A stretch of 64,000 nt of DNA, taken from Botryllus schlosseri. Its lineage: Eukaryota. Made by a program: the position numbers and the translations under genes. Positions 38,412 through 52,716 of this stretch are shown here, piece after piece. Each line of letters begins with the position of its first letter. Position 1 is the first letter of the stretch. The stretch covers positions 30,940,001 to 31,004,000 of the forward strand of contig CM119372.1 of the NCBI GenBank assembly GCA_051294905.1, read 5' to 3'. Below the pieces are notes generated by a model. That model ran no database searches. It was not told where the DNA came from and saw only the letters and a program-made list of their open reading frames with translations.

Positions 38412-39429
38412 CTCACATCCACATAATAGATGTGGCATCTGGCAGAAAATATTGATGAATACTTTAAAATGCAAAATGTATTCGCTGGCCGCTCAAAATG
38501 TTCTCTCTGGCCGCGGGAGGCGTGTTCGAGACCTCTGGTTCAGAAAGCGAGAAACGAAACCACCTTGGTGCACAGACAGATGTCATTCTGCTTAGAATCA
38601 TGAACTCTTATTTGATCTGAACTGAACTTCATTTTTGTTATACGTCTTTCTTTGCAAATCGGAGTTTATAGTTTAATTCAATTTCTAGTTTCAGCGAATT
38701 CGGTAATTCTAATCTAATTTGGAAAGAACCATGTAGCTACAATGCTAATTTTAATGCAATGAAATAAAAAAATGTGTAGATATAATTTTAATCGAATTTG
38801 GAAAAGCTGAAGGTTTGCTAGTTGCTCAACTTTGGCCAGCAGAAGGCAGTCGTTGTTTAGATGCTGCTTGGAAAATCGATGTAATGTCCGTCAGTGGCCG
38901 CTAGTGAGCATCAGAAACGAAGTACGTCTTTGACACCGGCTCTTGTTTATCTAAGGTTGACGTGTTGGCCAGGAAGTTCGCTGTGTTCTCACGTCTATTG
39001 TGTAGATGAAATTCCTGATAAGATATTTTTGCCGACGGCGAATTCTACCGATACAGCATTAATGCTGTTTGAATCGAAATAGTTCGGATTAAGGTCGAAA
39101 ACTTCTCGAAGCGAGCGTAGGGGCAAAGATTGCGAACATGGAAACGTGAGTAACTGATAACCTATTGCACTCATTCTTGATATGTTTTGTTTCGATTAGT
39201 GACGTGAAAGCCTAATTATGACTCTATAATTCGGCGAAAATTTAAAACGTTGCAATCCATTTCGGGGAAACACCTTGATTTCGCTGGATTACTTGTTGCT
39301 ACTGTGTATTATTATGTTATGGTTGTTGCTAGGGACTAATCAGAGTTCATTGCATTTTATACCTGCAATAAGAGGTAGGCCTACTGATATTATGTAATTG
39401 TACATATTGTTTCATTACAGTCTTACATT

Positions 39430-42400
39430 ATTCCCATTGTTATTCCATGGGACTTAATCCTATCTCCAGTAAGTCTATCTGGCCAGGTTCAATCAGCTGT
39501 GGTGAAATCATAAGGCCAAAGTGACCTAATCTGATGATAACCCTTTATGCATGTATGCAAATTAACAGACAGATAAACATACTTAGATTGTGTGCTGGCC
39601 TGGCATCAATTTCAGTGATTGTCAATTTGACACTGTATATAATTTAGTAGCGAAAATTGGATCCACAGATTGAATTGACACTGGTACCAAGACTCTCATA
39701 AATTAGTTTTCTAGGTGCAAGCATGTTACTATGATCTTGGCAGAATCCGATCAAGGCTCAGTCACATCTGACAAGGTGTGAGCCTGGAGTAATTTATCAT
39801 AAATAGGGCTGCCATCAGTTCTATTGTAAACATTACATATGCATAGCCTACAATTGTTGCACCAGTATAAGTTGGTCCATGGAAATTAATATGTTCAATA
39901 ACTTCAGCAGCTATTTTTTGCTTCCACAGAGTGTTGTTCAAATGTTGGTCTGTAGCTTGTAGTCTTCCATGACAAGTAGCCTACATAGGCCTACAGCTTC
40001 TTTCCGAGTATTTGCTGATGATAGTCCTACCGACCCGACTGGTTTGATTGCATTCATTGTGTTTGAGGAAATTTTGAACTGATGCTTTGAGTAGGCATGT
40101 GCCAAATCACTAAGTAGCCTATCTGTTCGAGCAGCAAATGCTTTTTATGGTATAGACAATGTCTAGGCCTATGCTTCATAATCACTGTATATGATATTGA
40201 TGAATATTGTAGTGAATTATAGTACAGATATGGAAGATACGAATAATATGGGCATTATTGACTCAGGGCTATAATAGGCTGAACTGCAATTGTGATCTTG
40301 ATAGAGTTGCTTGCATGTCGGTATCATGCTGTGAATAATATTTGCAGTTACTTAGCTGTGATTGTGGATGTAGGCGACTGAGCAGCACATCATACCTGTG
40401 CGATGGTTTTTTACCGCTGAATCATATTCTGTGCCGTGTCGCACGATGAAAGCCTTTTGGCAATTCAGAAATACTATTCGCAAGCTCAGCCATGTCATTT
40501 GAGAGTATGATCCTAGTCAAGTGTACCTCAGTGAAAACCAAAGGAACTTACCCATTATTCACACTTCACCCAATGAAGAATGCCTGTCACCTGATCCAAC
40601 CCATTCCATATCCACTAGACCAGTCATTCTCAAACTGGGGGGGTGTGACAGCGTCTAAAGGGGGTCGCGAAGCTGCGGTCAACTAAAATTTTTTTCATCA
40701 TAGTTTTTGCTCTGTGTACAGTGTAGGCCTACACTGTATAGTTTGAATTTCGTATTTGAGAATCCTTTCATCAACACTCATAACCTCCATGCCATCAAAC
40801 TATCCGTTGCGATTACCAGCATTCTGGTTGCATTTTGTGATATGGAGATATTATGAGGCACGAAATTATTCAATATCATAATGGGGGCGTGTCTAAAAAA
40901 GCTTCACGTTTGCTCTACTATTGTAAAGTGCGACTTGAGCTCTTATTCAGCTTCGGATTAGGAATTCCCGATATGGAATAAAGACATATTTTAAGCTTTC
41001 AAACTTGCAAACCCACTTGGTCCATTCCTGTTCCAGCCATTCTGACGTAACTGAGCTGTGAGCGCTGATCCGATTGTCTGTGGCAACCCGCTACACAAGT
41101 TATATAACATGGACGTGATTGTCCCATGGTGTATGTTGAAGTCTGAACACCTGTGATATCATGTCTGAAGTTCGGATGAGGTGGGAGTAATCGGTCAAAG
41201 TCATCTTTGGTATTTCGGAGATTTTGTGGAAATAATAGACAATACTGTGTTGTACTGTGCAAAAGTAATCCTTTCGGCTTTACAAGTATTGGTTTTTAAA
41301 TGATTGTTATTGATATAGTGTAAAAGAAATGACAAGCGCAATTTGTGCATTGTATTGATATATACATTTTTGGAGTATCCAGCAAATAGTGTGATATGGG
41401 TACGGTGAAAGTATATTGACTTCTGTTGGATAGGGTAATGTTGTAAGGGTGGGGTTTCAATGATATGGTCATTTCGTCATCAGTACTTTCAGAGATAACT
41501 TGGAACACAGAAGGAACCAAACGAGACTGCCCACGTTGTTGGTCTGCCTGTATGAATGTTTGATGTAGGCAAGAGTTGAGGGCAGTTCTGAGCGACAACC
41601 TGCATTTAATTCTATGGTCATATATCTCATATCTTGTTGGTAACTAGATGTTACCAAGAAGTAGGCTGCCTTTGATACTTGATGCACTGGCAGTGAAGGA
41701 CAGAAGGTACATGTCTTTCCTACCAACATTGTGACTTGTGACTTGTAAATGATTTTCACATAAACTGTTTGGGTTTTGAATATCCCTTACCAACTGTAAC
41801 TTCGCGTCTCATTTTCTGATAATTTCATGATGCCATTGTAGACAATCCAAGAAGTACAACTTACTACGAAGCTGCCTCTCTAGCCATTGTGGCCAATGTT
41901 GTTTTAATAGCGGTTGTGATGTAGTGCTCGAGTTGGATTTGCGTGTGTACATAGTAGTAAAGATTCCCTATCTATCTTGAACCAATAGTGTTTAGTGTAT
42001 AATTGGTCCTGAATATTAAAGCATGCTTGGCAATGGCAATTCACCTATCTTGTGGCTCAGACCATCCAGCCGTATTAGTGCTAAGATTTTAGAATGGACT
42101 GTTGCCGGAAAAATATCGAACTTGAAGGTGTGGGAAAGTATGAATGAGTCCAAGCTTCCGCGTAAGTGCTTTAGGCTATGGGTGGAAATTGCTTCATCAA
42201 AGAAATTGCCTTGTGGTTATCATGTCGCTGATCGCCGGTTGACGAGTTATAGCTATCTTCATGAATGTATTCTGCACTTCAGCAATTCCATAACACATTT
42301 CATGCCCTATGCCGAGATCGACTTTCACAAATCTGCGCAACCCGCTATCGCATTCGTCAGTATTAGCAAGTGGGCTGTGCACTTTCGGTTTCATGTTACA
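39430..42400 (-). mobile_element. Highly decayed non-LTR retrotransposon (LINE) ORF2 remnant; boundaries approximate
   Basis: Minus-strand fragments near 40430-40550 read FGFH*G...DHTL and IVFLNCQKAF-IVRH, resembling LINE RT motifs QFGFR.GRST.D and VFLD..KAFD.V.H; CpG-poor, strand-biased composition over the region. Confidence 0.55.
40621..40880 (+). mobile_element. Truncated ~300-bp Charlie-type MITE inserted in the LINE
   Basis: Starts CAGTCATTCTCAAACTGG; colinear with 14885-15172; right TIR missing. Confidence 0.75.
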
Positions 42401-43679
42401 AAAACATGGAAACAATCACTACAGGCACGGTATGCAAGGATTTGATGTGTGGTGCTATCATGAGCACCATCTCCCCATCGAAAATTATCAGGCGTGTATC
42501 CTCCATGAATTTGATGTTTCCGGGGCCGTAACAACACTTTGTCAGCCCCCAAACGCTGGTGTTGGACCCCCGAGAGGCATAAGTTTCCGGGCATTATTTT
42601 CCTCTGCGGATGGCATTTGTGCCGCCGGACTCAGATTGCAGGGACAAAATATTCGATGCCGGCCATTTTGGCGCCTCTACTTGTTCATATTGAAGGTTCC
42701 GGCCAGCATGCGGCGTTTTCTGTTCAAGGTTTTATTGGCGCTGATCTTTTTGGCCAGGTAGTCCGCCGAGTGGCACGTTGCGAGAAATTTCATATGCCTT
42801 GGTGTGTCCTGGCGGTTAGTGATTTAAGAATACGGGGTTTGATACTATTGAAAGATGGTGGTATCAACTTAACCCTTACGAGGTGGGCGTATAATATTTG
42901 ATATGGCATGTCTCCGACACCGATTTCTCCATGTTGACACGTCCTAGACATCGGGTACTACGTTTTTTAAAAAGCTGAGACTTTTCCGATGTATTTGGTA
43001 CCTTACTCAAAAATTTTGGGTTGTAAAAATAAACAAAAAATTAGAAATGAAATAAAATATGGTTATCACCTAAAACTTCCGGATATTTTCCGAGTGGGAA
43101 ATATTGTCGGAAAATCTGCCAGAACATCAGAAGTCGACATGTACGGTTTTCTGTGTAAATTTTCACCGTTTCAAACATCAAAACGTTTTCTGGAGAGTTT
43201 TCTGAGGGGGATTTGTAAATTTTGGTCACGCTTCAGTGATTTTCAAGATCTAGGTCAAGTTCAAGTGCCAATTCAGTCGCCATACGAGTCATAAACAGGT
43301 TTACTATGCGTGCAAATGGTTGGATATGACAAAAGAAAGCATATCGCGTTGTTTTGTACCATAAACCGGACTGTAGGGGCCGATTGAGTCTTGATCATGA
43401 ACTTGACCTTGATGACCACTCACTGACCACGCCCATTTGTAAATTTTATATGTATTTTCCATTTTTCGATATCTGACGAACCGCGCGGTCTACAACCATG
43501 GTTGACGGCTTGTTTGAAACCAGGCAACAGTGGCTACGCACTGAAGCATCATATTCCTCTCTCTGACGCCATCCTGAGGGTCAGCCTTGAAAATTGAGAG
43601 AGAGAGAGATTTTTTGGTGGGAAAAGCTTGTTTATTTAAACTTATTAAAAAACCTCAGACATGTCACGGGGTGTCAATC

Positions 43680-43900
43680 AAGGGTGGAATCGGTAGAGGG
43701 CTATACTCCGCCCACTTTTAAACTGGAACGGCCCAGATTCAAGTCCTGGTGGGGTCACGGTAAGAATTTGAAAAGTGAAGGTCAATTCTGCAAAATATGG
43801 CCCCACCTCGTAAGGGTTAATTCATGAACGATCGCTGGTACTGCGGTTTCCCAGATCCCGGTAACTTGATTGCATGTCGTTTGACGCAAATATTTGTCAC
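43680..43900 (+). mobile_element. Possible tRNA-derived SINE fragment
   Basis: A-box-like GTGGAATCGGTAGAG and B-box-like GATTCAAGTCC followed by GGTGGGGTCA; degenerate. Confidence 0.3.
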
Positions 43901-46900
43901 GTGGCAGTCGTATAACCGCGACAAAATACGTGCGTTTATCGCGTCCAGATCAGAATCAAGGTTCACACTTATATATCTTTCTTTAATACATACGGTCTTC
44001 GATCATTACGATTAGTTCCTGTCCTTGAAGCCTTGTAGCTCACAAATGAAAGCTTGTTGGCGTTCCGGCATTTTAAACTTCACAACTTTTCGGACACCTA
44101 CAATGGTACCAACCACAATATTAAAAGTTCCTGGCGATTCTTGAAATGATAGCGAGTCTTACCACCGTGCCAAAAGTCTATTTGAAGCGAAATTTAGTGA
44201 GATTACTTGTTCGATTTCTGGCTACTCGCGTTTCGTATGACGTTCGTTTGAGTCGGCCAAGGGCTCACGATCATGTATCTTACCTCCCAAACCTATCACC
44301 ACGCTAATTATACTTCAACATATATATGAGACAGCTAAGTTCAAAGGTGTGTCTAGAATTGTGTTTGAATTGAAAAAAAAAACGGCTTTGAAGATTGTGG
44401 TTGGGTCTTCATCCGATTTCAAATCACTGTTTATGCTAAACGTGATGTGGATCTCGACATGCACCGTCAAATATTTGACAATTTGGATATATTTTTTTTC
44501 ATTTTCCACCTATACAACAAATTAGTGACGAGAGATTTCCATATTGGGTAGATGCCGCATACTTTTTCCAATTGTCGACACTCCAGCCTTATGAAATATT
44601 CAAAAACCGCGTTCGTGTCAGCCTATGGAATTTTTGTTCAAGCTGAAAATCGTACATTGGTTGCGCCTACATGTCACAATTGGTTGCATGCAAAGTAACT
44701 AGGCTAGTTACAGTCGAGTTTTCAATTTTTTTTTTTGGCAACGTTTGATCCCGATAGACTTGAAAAACGTCTGGTTTTAATATATTTTGACCATGTTTAT
44801 ATTTAAAAATGTATGTTAAAGCTCTGTACCCAGAATAATCCTAAATTTTCGCGAAACTTTTGAATTTATTCGAGTCTCTACCTAATTTGAATGCACGTAT
44901 GGATTTATAGGTGAAAAGTCCGACATCTCATAACAACGGATATATCATCTATCTCTGAAATACCTTAACTAGTTGAAGAAAATCGCATGTGCGCGCGGTG
45001 TCGGCCACTATAATGATTAGGCCTATGGAAAGTCCTATATATAATTAGAGCGGGCGCCTTGATTCGAGTACGCGAACCCGAATCGAGCATAAATTGTAAC
45101 AAGTAGTGAAAAGCGATTTTTATGATTACTGAAATTATTCGCTCCTTGCCACGAGTTATTTTATTATAAACGGGAATTATAGTTTCAACACTCTCTTCTC
45201 GCCGCGGAAGCCGTGAAAGATCTCACGATCCAACACGCACGTAGCATGATGACGGCGCAGCACGCGTTAGCGTAAGTTACATTTCCATGAAGCAATGATT
45301 GACACGCAGCACTGTTATAGAAGCGCTATGAAATTGATTAGGTCGAAAGAAATACCAATTACACTGGTCAACAAAAAAATCATCATGGATGGTATGAACA
45401 ATATCAGGGGCGCTGAGCCCGTGTATGCCATTAGGTTGTCCAAATTGGCTGTAGTTTTTAAGATATCAGCGAATGTAGGTATATTTTTAAATATTTTTTA
45501 TTTATTCAAAGCTTGGTATTATTCCATCCGAACAGCCGATACCAAATGTTTTAGTCGTCTAAATGCGCGAAAACCACCAGAACTAGCAAAAGGTATAGGC
45601 ACAGTGAAATCAGCTAATCGCATCTGTGCTGGATAAATCTATTCTTTTTGATATATTCAACACAAAAAATGAATACGAAAAGAGCCAATTCAGCAAAAGT
45701 AATGGTATTTTCGGACTCGGCGCCACCGACATACCTGGATCGATCTAACATATTATGATTTTTGAATCCTTTTGTTGGCCTGTGTTATCTTTGATGTGGT
45801 ATAACTGGCGTTATTTTATTTGCGGTGGCATAACGTTATGTAGTCGGGACTTCCAGCCATTCATATTGTCATGGTGTAGTCGCATGCTTTTGTAATTGTT
45901 TTAGACTTCGTACTTTCACTTTGGTGTGTTGCCCATGCAAGGTTCGCTATCGACACGCGATCCTCACACTCGGGACGTCTCGTCTTTGTTTCCTCCTCGA
46001 AAACACGTGTTTAATTGTGCCGTTTATCGCGACACCGCTCCGAATTTGCGTTTGATTTGCGCGGTTTAATGAACCTTCTAAACGCGATATTGACCGAATT
46101 AGAACGCGGCTCACGCGCGGTTGTGTGCTCTGAGCGGTGTGGTTGTGTCGTTTGTGTCACCCGTTTGTTTCACAGGGTTTTGATACGGTCCCGGATAGCG
46201 AGAATCGAATATATTTAGATTGTTAGCGTACTATCTGGATTAGTGGTCTGTTGGCAGTTGTAAGGCTGACAGTGATGGGAGAAATTGGTTGGAAGTGTCA
46301 GCGTCCCCGAGCTAATTGACAGTGATTTCATGTATCGGAACTGTTTGAGAACAGTATATTTATGATCTTTTCGGGATATCAAATTAGCTGCTAGAAAGCT
46401 AAGTATCATAGATGTATTATACGCGCGAAAGACATATTCGGGTATCGCTCTTTATGACGCCATAGCAGCCTACGGATGATGCGGATGGTTAGATTATGTG
46501 TAGGATTGTAGGCCTACCTTGTTCGCTGTGTGTTGATCTCGTCAACACAGAAATATCGTTTCCACCCGCTATACTAACACATGCAGTTTTGTGAGCACTG
46601 CAAGTTTTGGTGCTGTGAGAAAATGTATCGAAACTATACTTCTCGTTGACAATATTATAATTGTACATGTACAATTGTATGATTTCGGTGCTCGAGAAAA
46701 ATCGTTAGTTACTACTCAACTCGAATCACTACAATTGACCAATTAACTCAAAACATTGTGCCGCACGTGGGGTAAACGAATGAATCCTGCCTTCGAAATT
46801 ATATAACCAGTTAATAATTCTTGGGAGATACGCCCAGAAGAGATTTGACGATTGGCTAAATTAACTAACCGAATACCGGTACCATCTTGTGTTAGTGGTT

Positions 46901-49900
46901 TTCTACTATCGTGGTATCCCGTGTTTGGGGAGTTTGTGCAATAGTATTTGATTTGTCTCTGCTTTAATTCGACCTGGAATGACATTGGTCATTATTATGA
47001 TTTAGAAGCGCTTCAACTTTTATGTTCAATTGCGTATGGGTGATATATCAATATATCCCATAACCTTTCGTTTCGTCTGATGCCAATCTAGGAAGTTTTG
47101 GATTTGTGATCGTCTGGTCAGCCAACGAGATATTTTAATTTCAGCTTTGTCCTGATCCGAGCTTTAAGCTTTGGAGATATCATCGATCAGCGCAACTCGG
47201 GTAACGCGATTATTGGGAGCTTTCAATCAAAACCGCCTGGCTCAACCAGAAAATACGTAGAACCTGTCGAGGGAATATTCATGCTGATTGTTGCGAATAA
47301 TGTGATTCGATTTTAAATAAATTCAAATCGTACGGCATTGAACTGATTCGTTTCGCGAATTAGTAATTTGTATTTTCAAATGCCCAGATTGCCCGGTGCC
47401 CACTCACCTCTTGTATGTAGCATGCAGTGCGTCGACAATGTAATATCGTGCTGGTTGACGAGAAAATACATGAACCAATCACGAATTGTAAACTGATCTT
47501 ACCAGCTGATTACCAGCTGATTGTTTGTATCTAACGTACTATTCCAACGTAGACCGGCCCTAATTTCCCTCTTTTCCTCCTAATAGTCGCAAAAAGAAGC
47601 ATTATCTTGAATATTTCATGCAGTCTTCCTCCGACGGCATTACGCCTATTACCTGTTTGATGACTCCCGCCTCAAACATTATTTCGAACATTCGCGACCA
47701 TGTCGCGACCTATTTAGTAGGTGTCGGTAACAGCACTTCACGTGTATTAAGTGGGTGGGTAATGTCTGCGTTGTAGATGCATCACGGCAGATGCGCAACG
47801 CTTATGTGCAATTACGACGTATCCATCCACCCATTTGTCAATGGAGATGTGCATTGTGCAGTGTAATGTGGAGCGTTTGATCGTAAGGAACGTATCAGTC
47901 TAGTTTCAGGTTCAGTATGTAGATAGGTATAGGGATGAACAAGTTACCATCGGTTTGGAGTATATTACGTAGAAATAAATTAGGAATTCATGATTTCGTC
48001 CTCTAATAAATCCTTGTGTCATGCTCATCTCCGACAGGTAGGGTAAAATATGAGCTCTTGAAAACTCGCAAAGCTTACAAATTTCCTTTGGACAAATGTG
48101 ATGGTAGTGCTAGGTAGCAGTCGTGGTCAGTCCGAAAAAAAGAAGGCAAAAGTTAAAACGCTCACCAACATTTTACGAGTCTGGCGACTTTCTGTCCGTT
48201 GTTTGTGGCGTGAGAATCTAAGTTTACGGCCGTGGTTCCTAAGTTTTGACTCGAATCTGATCCAGCCAAGTCAGGAATGTTTTTTTTTTCATTTTGCAGT
48301 CTTAACTCGTAAAACGAATGTTTTGTGGATCTCAACCTTGCGCGGTAAATAGGCTACTGTTTATGCCCACACTCGACATGCACTTATATTATAAACATGC
48401 GTAGCTGACATGCGTAGCGGACATGCGCAGTGCGCACCTCTTCCTGAGGTTGGCTCTTTCAAAACGAAATCACTTTGTTATCATCGAAGCTACATATCAA
48501 GACCTCTCTTGCGCTGGTGTTGACGCAATCAGTGTCTTTTTCGCTTCTCCGGAGAATTCAGAGAGAGTGCGCATTCAACTAATATTGTTGTACTGTACAG
48601 TGTGCACTGCGGTATGCACGCAGGCGCGGTTGAACTCGAACTTGAGTCTGAGCAACTCTGCCAGCTGAACAGTCGGTGAGCTCAACATAGTGGCTGTTGA
48701 AGCAAGACAGAGAAACAGTTTTTATTGAGTAAAAATTACATGGAAACAATAAAATACAGGTTGTAGCGATACGATACACTTGTTCAAACCCCATTCGAGT
48801 TTGAAATGCGCTGATGGGCACGACCCCACTACCTACTATTATTGTCATCACAAAACTACTGCTGTAGTCTTGCGGCGAGTATGTTAGTAGCTTTGTTAAT
48901 TTGAACTGATGTGCATACTCGCTTTACTTTCATAATGATTGGATTTTTGTCCAAAGTATACCTGTCAAGTAGAAATTTTGATACGTGGATTATTCAAGGA
49001 GGCAGTTTGATTCTTCTGCTCCGTGTTAAGAGTTCAACTTCTAAAAGGTCTACATTTCCATACCAAAGAGCCCTGGTGATTTCATTAATGTTCTCCGGGT
49101 ATCACAGCCGCCGGGATTTAATATTTCGATACCGAAGTCCTTGTGAATTATTTCAATATCATGTCAGGATCTCGATCCAGGCTAAACATCCAAGTTCGAT
49201 TTTCAGTCGAAATCCACGGTTTTTATTTTCATGATCGCTGCGGATGCAGGTAGGCTACCGGAATCGCAGATTCTCGTGTCATTGATTTTTTTTCGGAGCG
49301 CTATCGATTGTGCGTCACTAATTGGTCATGTAGCAGCACTGCGTAGTTAGTATTCACTGCCATTTGGAATTCTGACGGTGTGATCAATAGCAAAGCGTGT
49401 GTTTCCGGTTCTTGTCCGTGCGTGGTGATAGGTTATGGAGATATACCACATTATTGGTGATAAGTTTTGGCCAAGTTCGTATGTTAGAAGTGTGTAGCGA
49501 CCAACTGCCTACCAGATCAATTCAGCGTGTCCGACAGTCGTATGATATAGTTATTAGCAACGGAAGTCTGTAATCTCAAGCTTAACAATGAGACATATAA
49601 TTAGCCGGTACATCAATGTTATTAGTCTCACGCGTTTGTGCGGACGTGGGATAGGATGTAGGAATGGTAGCATATGTTTTGCTCTTCGTGCAAGCATGCA
49701 TGGTTTAATGATCGCAATTGATTTGGAAAAGGTAGTTAGTTTGAAAACCCTGGGTCAAATTCGGGTGTCTTCGATACTGGGCTGCTCGCAGTACTCGCTG
49801 ACTACCCAATCAGATGTAAGTGAAGCTTTTAAAGGCATATTTGAGTACAAGTCTCATATGGTATTTCCAAGGCATGCATTTAGTGTTTGGAATACAAATG

Positions 49901-51915
49901 AAAAAAGCGTGAGGTTTTAAAGGTAAGAAAGGTGGCGTGGAGCTTAGGAATGTAGTTCGGGACAACTTGTGTAAGCACATTTGTGCACTCTTCAAAACTG
50001 CATGATGTGTCATCTTCGCGTCAAACGCGGGATGGCTAATGGAATTGCAAGGTTTAATTTTAAAACTATAGCCCCATTATTGTGAAACAGCGGTAATATC
50101 GCGTAGTTTTCATGGCGATATTCCTGAAAAATGGTGGGGTGGGAATCCGTGTGAAAGCTTCCTTGAATTTGACCAGTGAATTTTAGCTTTTAGGAATGAA
50201 AATAATGCGCCCTGAAAAGCTGAAAGGCTGCCGACAGGAGCAGAAGTCGAAAACAGTACTGCAATAGCTTATAGTGCAAGTAGACGCATTCTTGTATAAG
50301 TAAAAGTAGAAGTACTGCGTTACTGACGAAGTCTTCGTGGATCTTCCATAACTAGCCTACTGCCAGCGAATTGTTTCGTAATGGAGATACGGATTCTCCC
50401 CTGCTACCGTTTCTTTCTTCATTTTCAACAAGAGTGGGTAACGATTTGAGCGAGTGTCCTATAATCGCGATAGCGACCACTGCATTACCATCATCGCAAT
50501 TGATTCATGTAGCGACCCAATATCGCAACACTTAACGGCGTTAATCTAATCGCGTTTGCTGGTAATTGATTTTTTGATTTGTCGGCATGAGCTGTATTGT
50601 CCAATTTAGAAACAAATATGACTCTTTCGGTTGATATCACCAAATGTTAATCAGGCCGATGAATTAGTGGACAAAAATCAATGTGTGTGGCAGTAATCTC
50701 CAATCTGTCAGGAACTCAGCGTTTCTTTTAGCATGGCGCCCGTACAAAATTGGCGTTTCTCTAAAATTACCAAAGTATCTTCGTTATCTGATGAAGGCTG
50801 GTAAAACCAATTCTTGTTTTTGGTGTCGTGTGTTTCGCCACATCGCTGTAAAATACCGGACTTAATCCAATCGATGCGCGGATCAGCGATTTTCACCGAG
50901 AAAAAACTGTATCTGGTTGTTTGTAGTTTGTGAAATACCGTGATCTGTTGCGAGATACGTCGCTGTGAATTTCTATTGCGTTGTCATTAGTGTGGGCTAC
51001 CTTGAATGATTGATGTTGTACACCCATTTCAAATTTTCAAGTTATTTTTTACGAACACATATACTTTCAATACTCTTCTCAGAAGTCGACAAATAGGTCA
51101 TTCGGCAATTTCTGACCGCGTGAAATGGCCGAGCTCACCCAGTTAGTCGTTCGCCGATCACCGTCACCAAAATATTTTCGAAATTGCAACTCTTTGTATC
51201 GCCAAGTTGTTATACGTTAGTCATAGTGATGCATGCTGGGGCACATATGAGTATCAACAAGTTTTCGTCGAAAACAATCTTGGCAATCTTGTAAAGCGTA
51301 TTAAACCAGACTGGAAGCTTCATAATTTCTGTTTGAAACAGTCGTAATGTTACGGAAAGCAATATTTTCTCTCTGACCCTTCGCCTTCGGATACATCCAA
51401 ATTTCATTTGAACACGAACAATAACACTAAGAGCTTCATTCGGATGCGTGTATTAACAAATACTTCGGGCGAAAGATTGAATTCGCCCGTTTTTACATTC
51501 GGATGGGGGTTTCAACCTCAGAAATCGTAAAGTTATCAAGTTCAAATTTTGACCAGATTTTCATTTTCTTGTAGCTCAACTATATTGTCGTGTAGCGTGT
51601 GAATCGTCGTTGACTTTGCATTGGGATCAAGTTCGTTGACTCTGGATCGCGCTGAAATTTAAATCGCAGTTTTCGGTTTGGTTTTATTTCGGCCCCGGAA
51701 CGATTAGGCCTATTAGCATCCTCGTACATCCTCGCAAAGTATTGTCACAAAGTGAATTGAATTGAATTGGTTGGGCCTTCATGTGGCATAGAACTGGCAT
51801 TTGTCTTTCTTTGTGGTCGCATGGAAGGTACATCTTCAAACTTTCCGTATCAATACAAGATTCGAATTAACATCGCACGTACCCGATTTTATATTGCTGC
51901 ATTTGCGGGTTTGAA

Positions 51916-52716
51916 TCACGGCCCTTTCGCCGGTCGAATTTTCATCTCTGTATACCTCATCGCCATCTTAACACCGCGCTCTTGATCGTACCACAACATC
52001 CACCCGAACACGCGGTTTAAATTCGCAGCGTAGCAGCCGTTGTACCACCAGCCTCCCTCGCGGTTCCCGGCGCAATTTCTGTCGGAGTTGTCGTGGTCCG
52101 CGTCTCTCGTCGAGAACTGCTGGCGGTTGGAAGACCATTTCGGCGCTGAAGGTTTCGAGAAGGAATCTGTCGCGTTTCCGGAGTAACCGGACACGCGCAG
52201 TCTGTAATTTCCCGATCCGGAGCCGACGTGAAACGATCTGTACCGTGCGGTTAAGTACGTCCCGTTTCTTTCGATCATGTTGATTTCCAATTCGTACCTT
52301 ATCGATTGTGTCAGCTGGTGCAGTTTTTCCAAACCTAGCCAAAATTCGGCGTGTTTATTACCGAATCCGTTTACGTAATCGGCCCAATCTCTGTCGAAAG
52401 ACACAATGCCGTCTGTCCGCCTTTGGAATACAGTCCATTCGCTCACTGCTCTTTTCACTTTAGTCTTCCTAGGCCGTTTATTCCGAAATAGTTTGAATGC
52501 CCTTTGCAGTTCTTCTCTGATTATTTGCCTTACGAGCGTGGCGTTAAAGTCTTTGGAAAGCAACGCGGTGCTATCGGATTTCAAGTTTCTTGCCAGCCTG
52601 TTTTCTGCGTGAATTTCGTTGCAATGTTGGCAGACCAAATCGTTGAAAGTCGGCGGAGTGTTGTGGGCACTGATGCTTGAGATTACCAAAGCAAATAACA
52701 CGAATGAAACTTCCAT
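51916..52716 (-). CDS. Secreted fibrinogen-related domain protein (FReD; ficolin/angiopoietin/tenascin-like), 266 aa, coding region intronless
   Basis: Signal peptide MEVSFVLFALVISSISA at ATG 52716, preceded by tttcag acceptor; FReD motifs WTVFQRR.DG.VSF.RDW.DY..GFG, EFWLGLEKLHQLT, YRLRVSGYSGNA.DS, FSTRD.DHD....C, GGWWY..C..ANLN. Confidence 0.93.
   Translation of the reverse strand: MEVSFVLFALVISSISAHNTPPTFNDLVCQHCNEIHAENRLARNLKSDSTALLSKDFNATLVRQIIREELQRAFKLFRNKRPRKTKVKRAVSEWTVFQRRTDGIVSFDRDWADYVNGFGNKHAEFWLGLEKLHQLTQSIRYELEINMIERNGTYLTARYRSFHVGSGSGNYRLRVSGYSGNATDSFSKPSAPKWSSNRQQFSTRDADHDNSDRNCAGNREGGWWYNGCYAANLNRVFGWMLWYDQERGVKMAMRYTEMKIRPAKGP

Noticed and set aside
42023..42901. Overlapping 120-150 aa plus-strand ORFs
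   Set aside because: No recognisable motifs; probably antisense to decayed LINE sequence.
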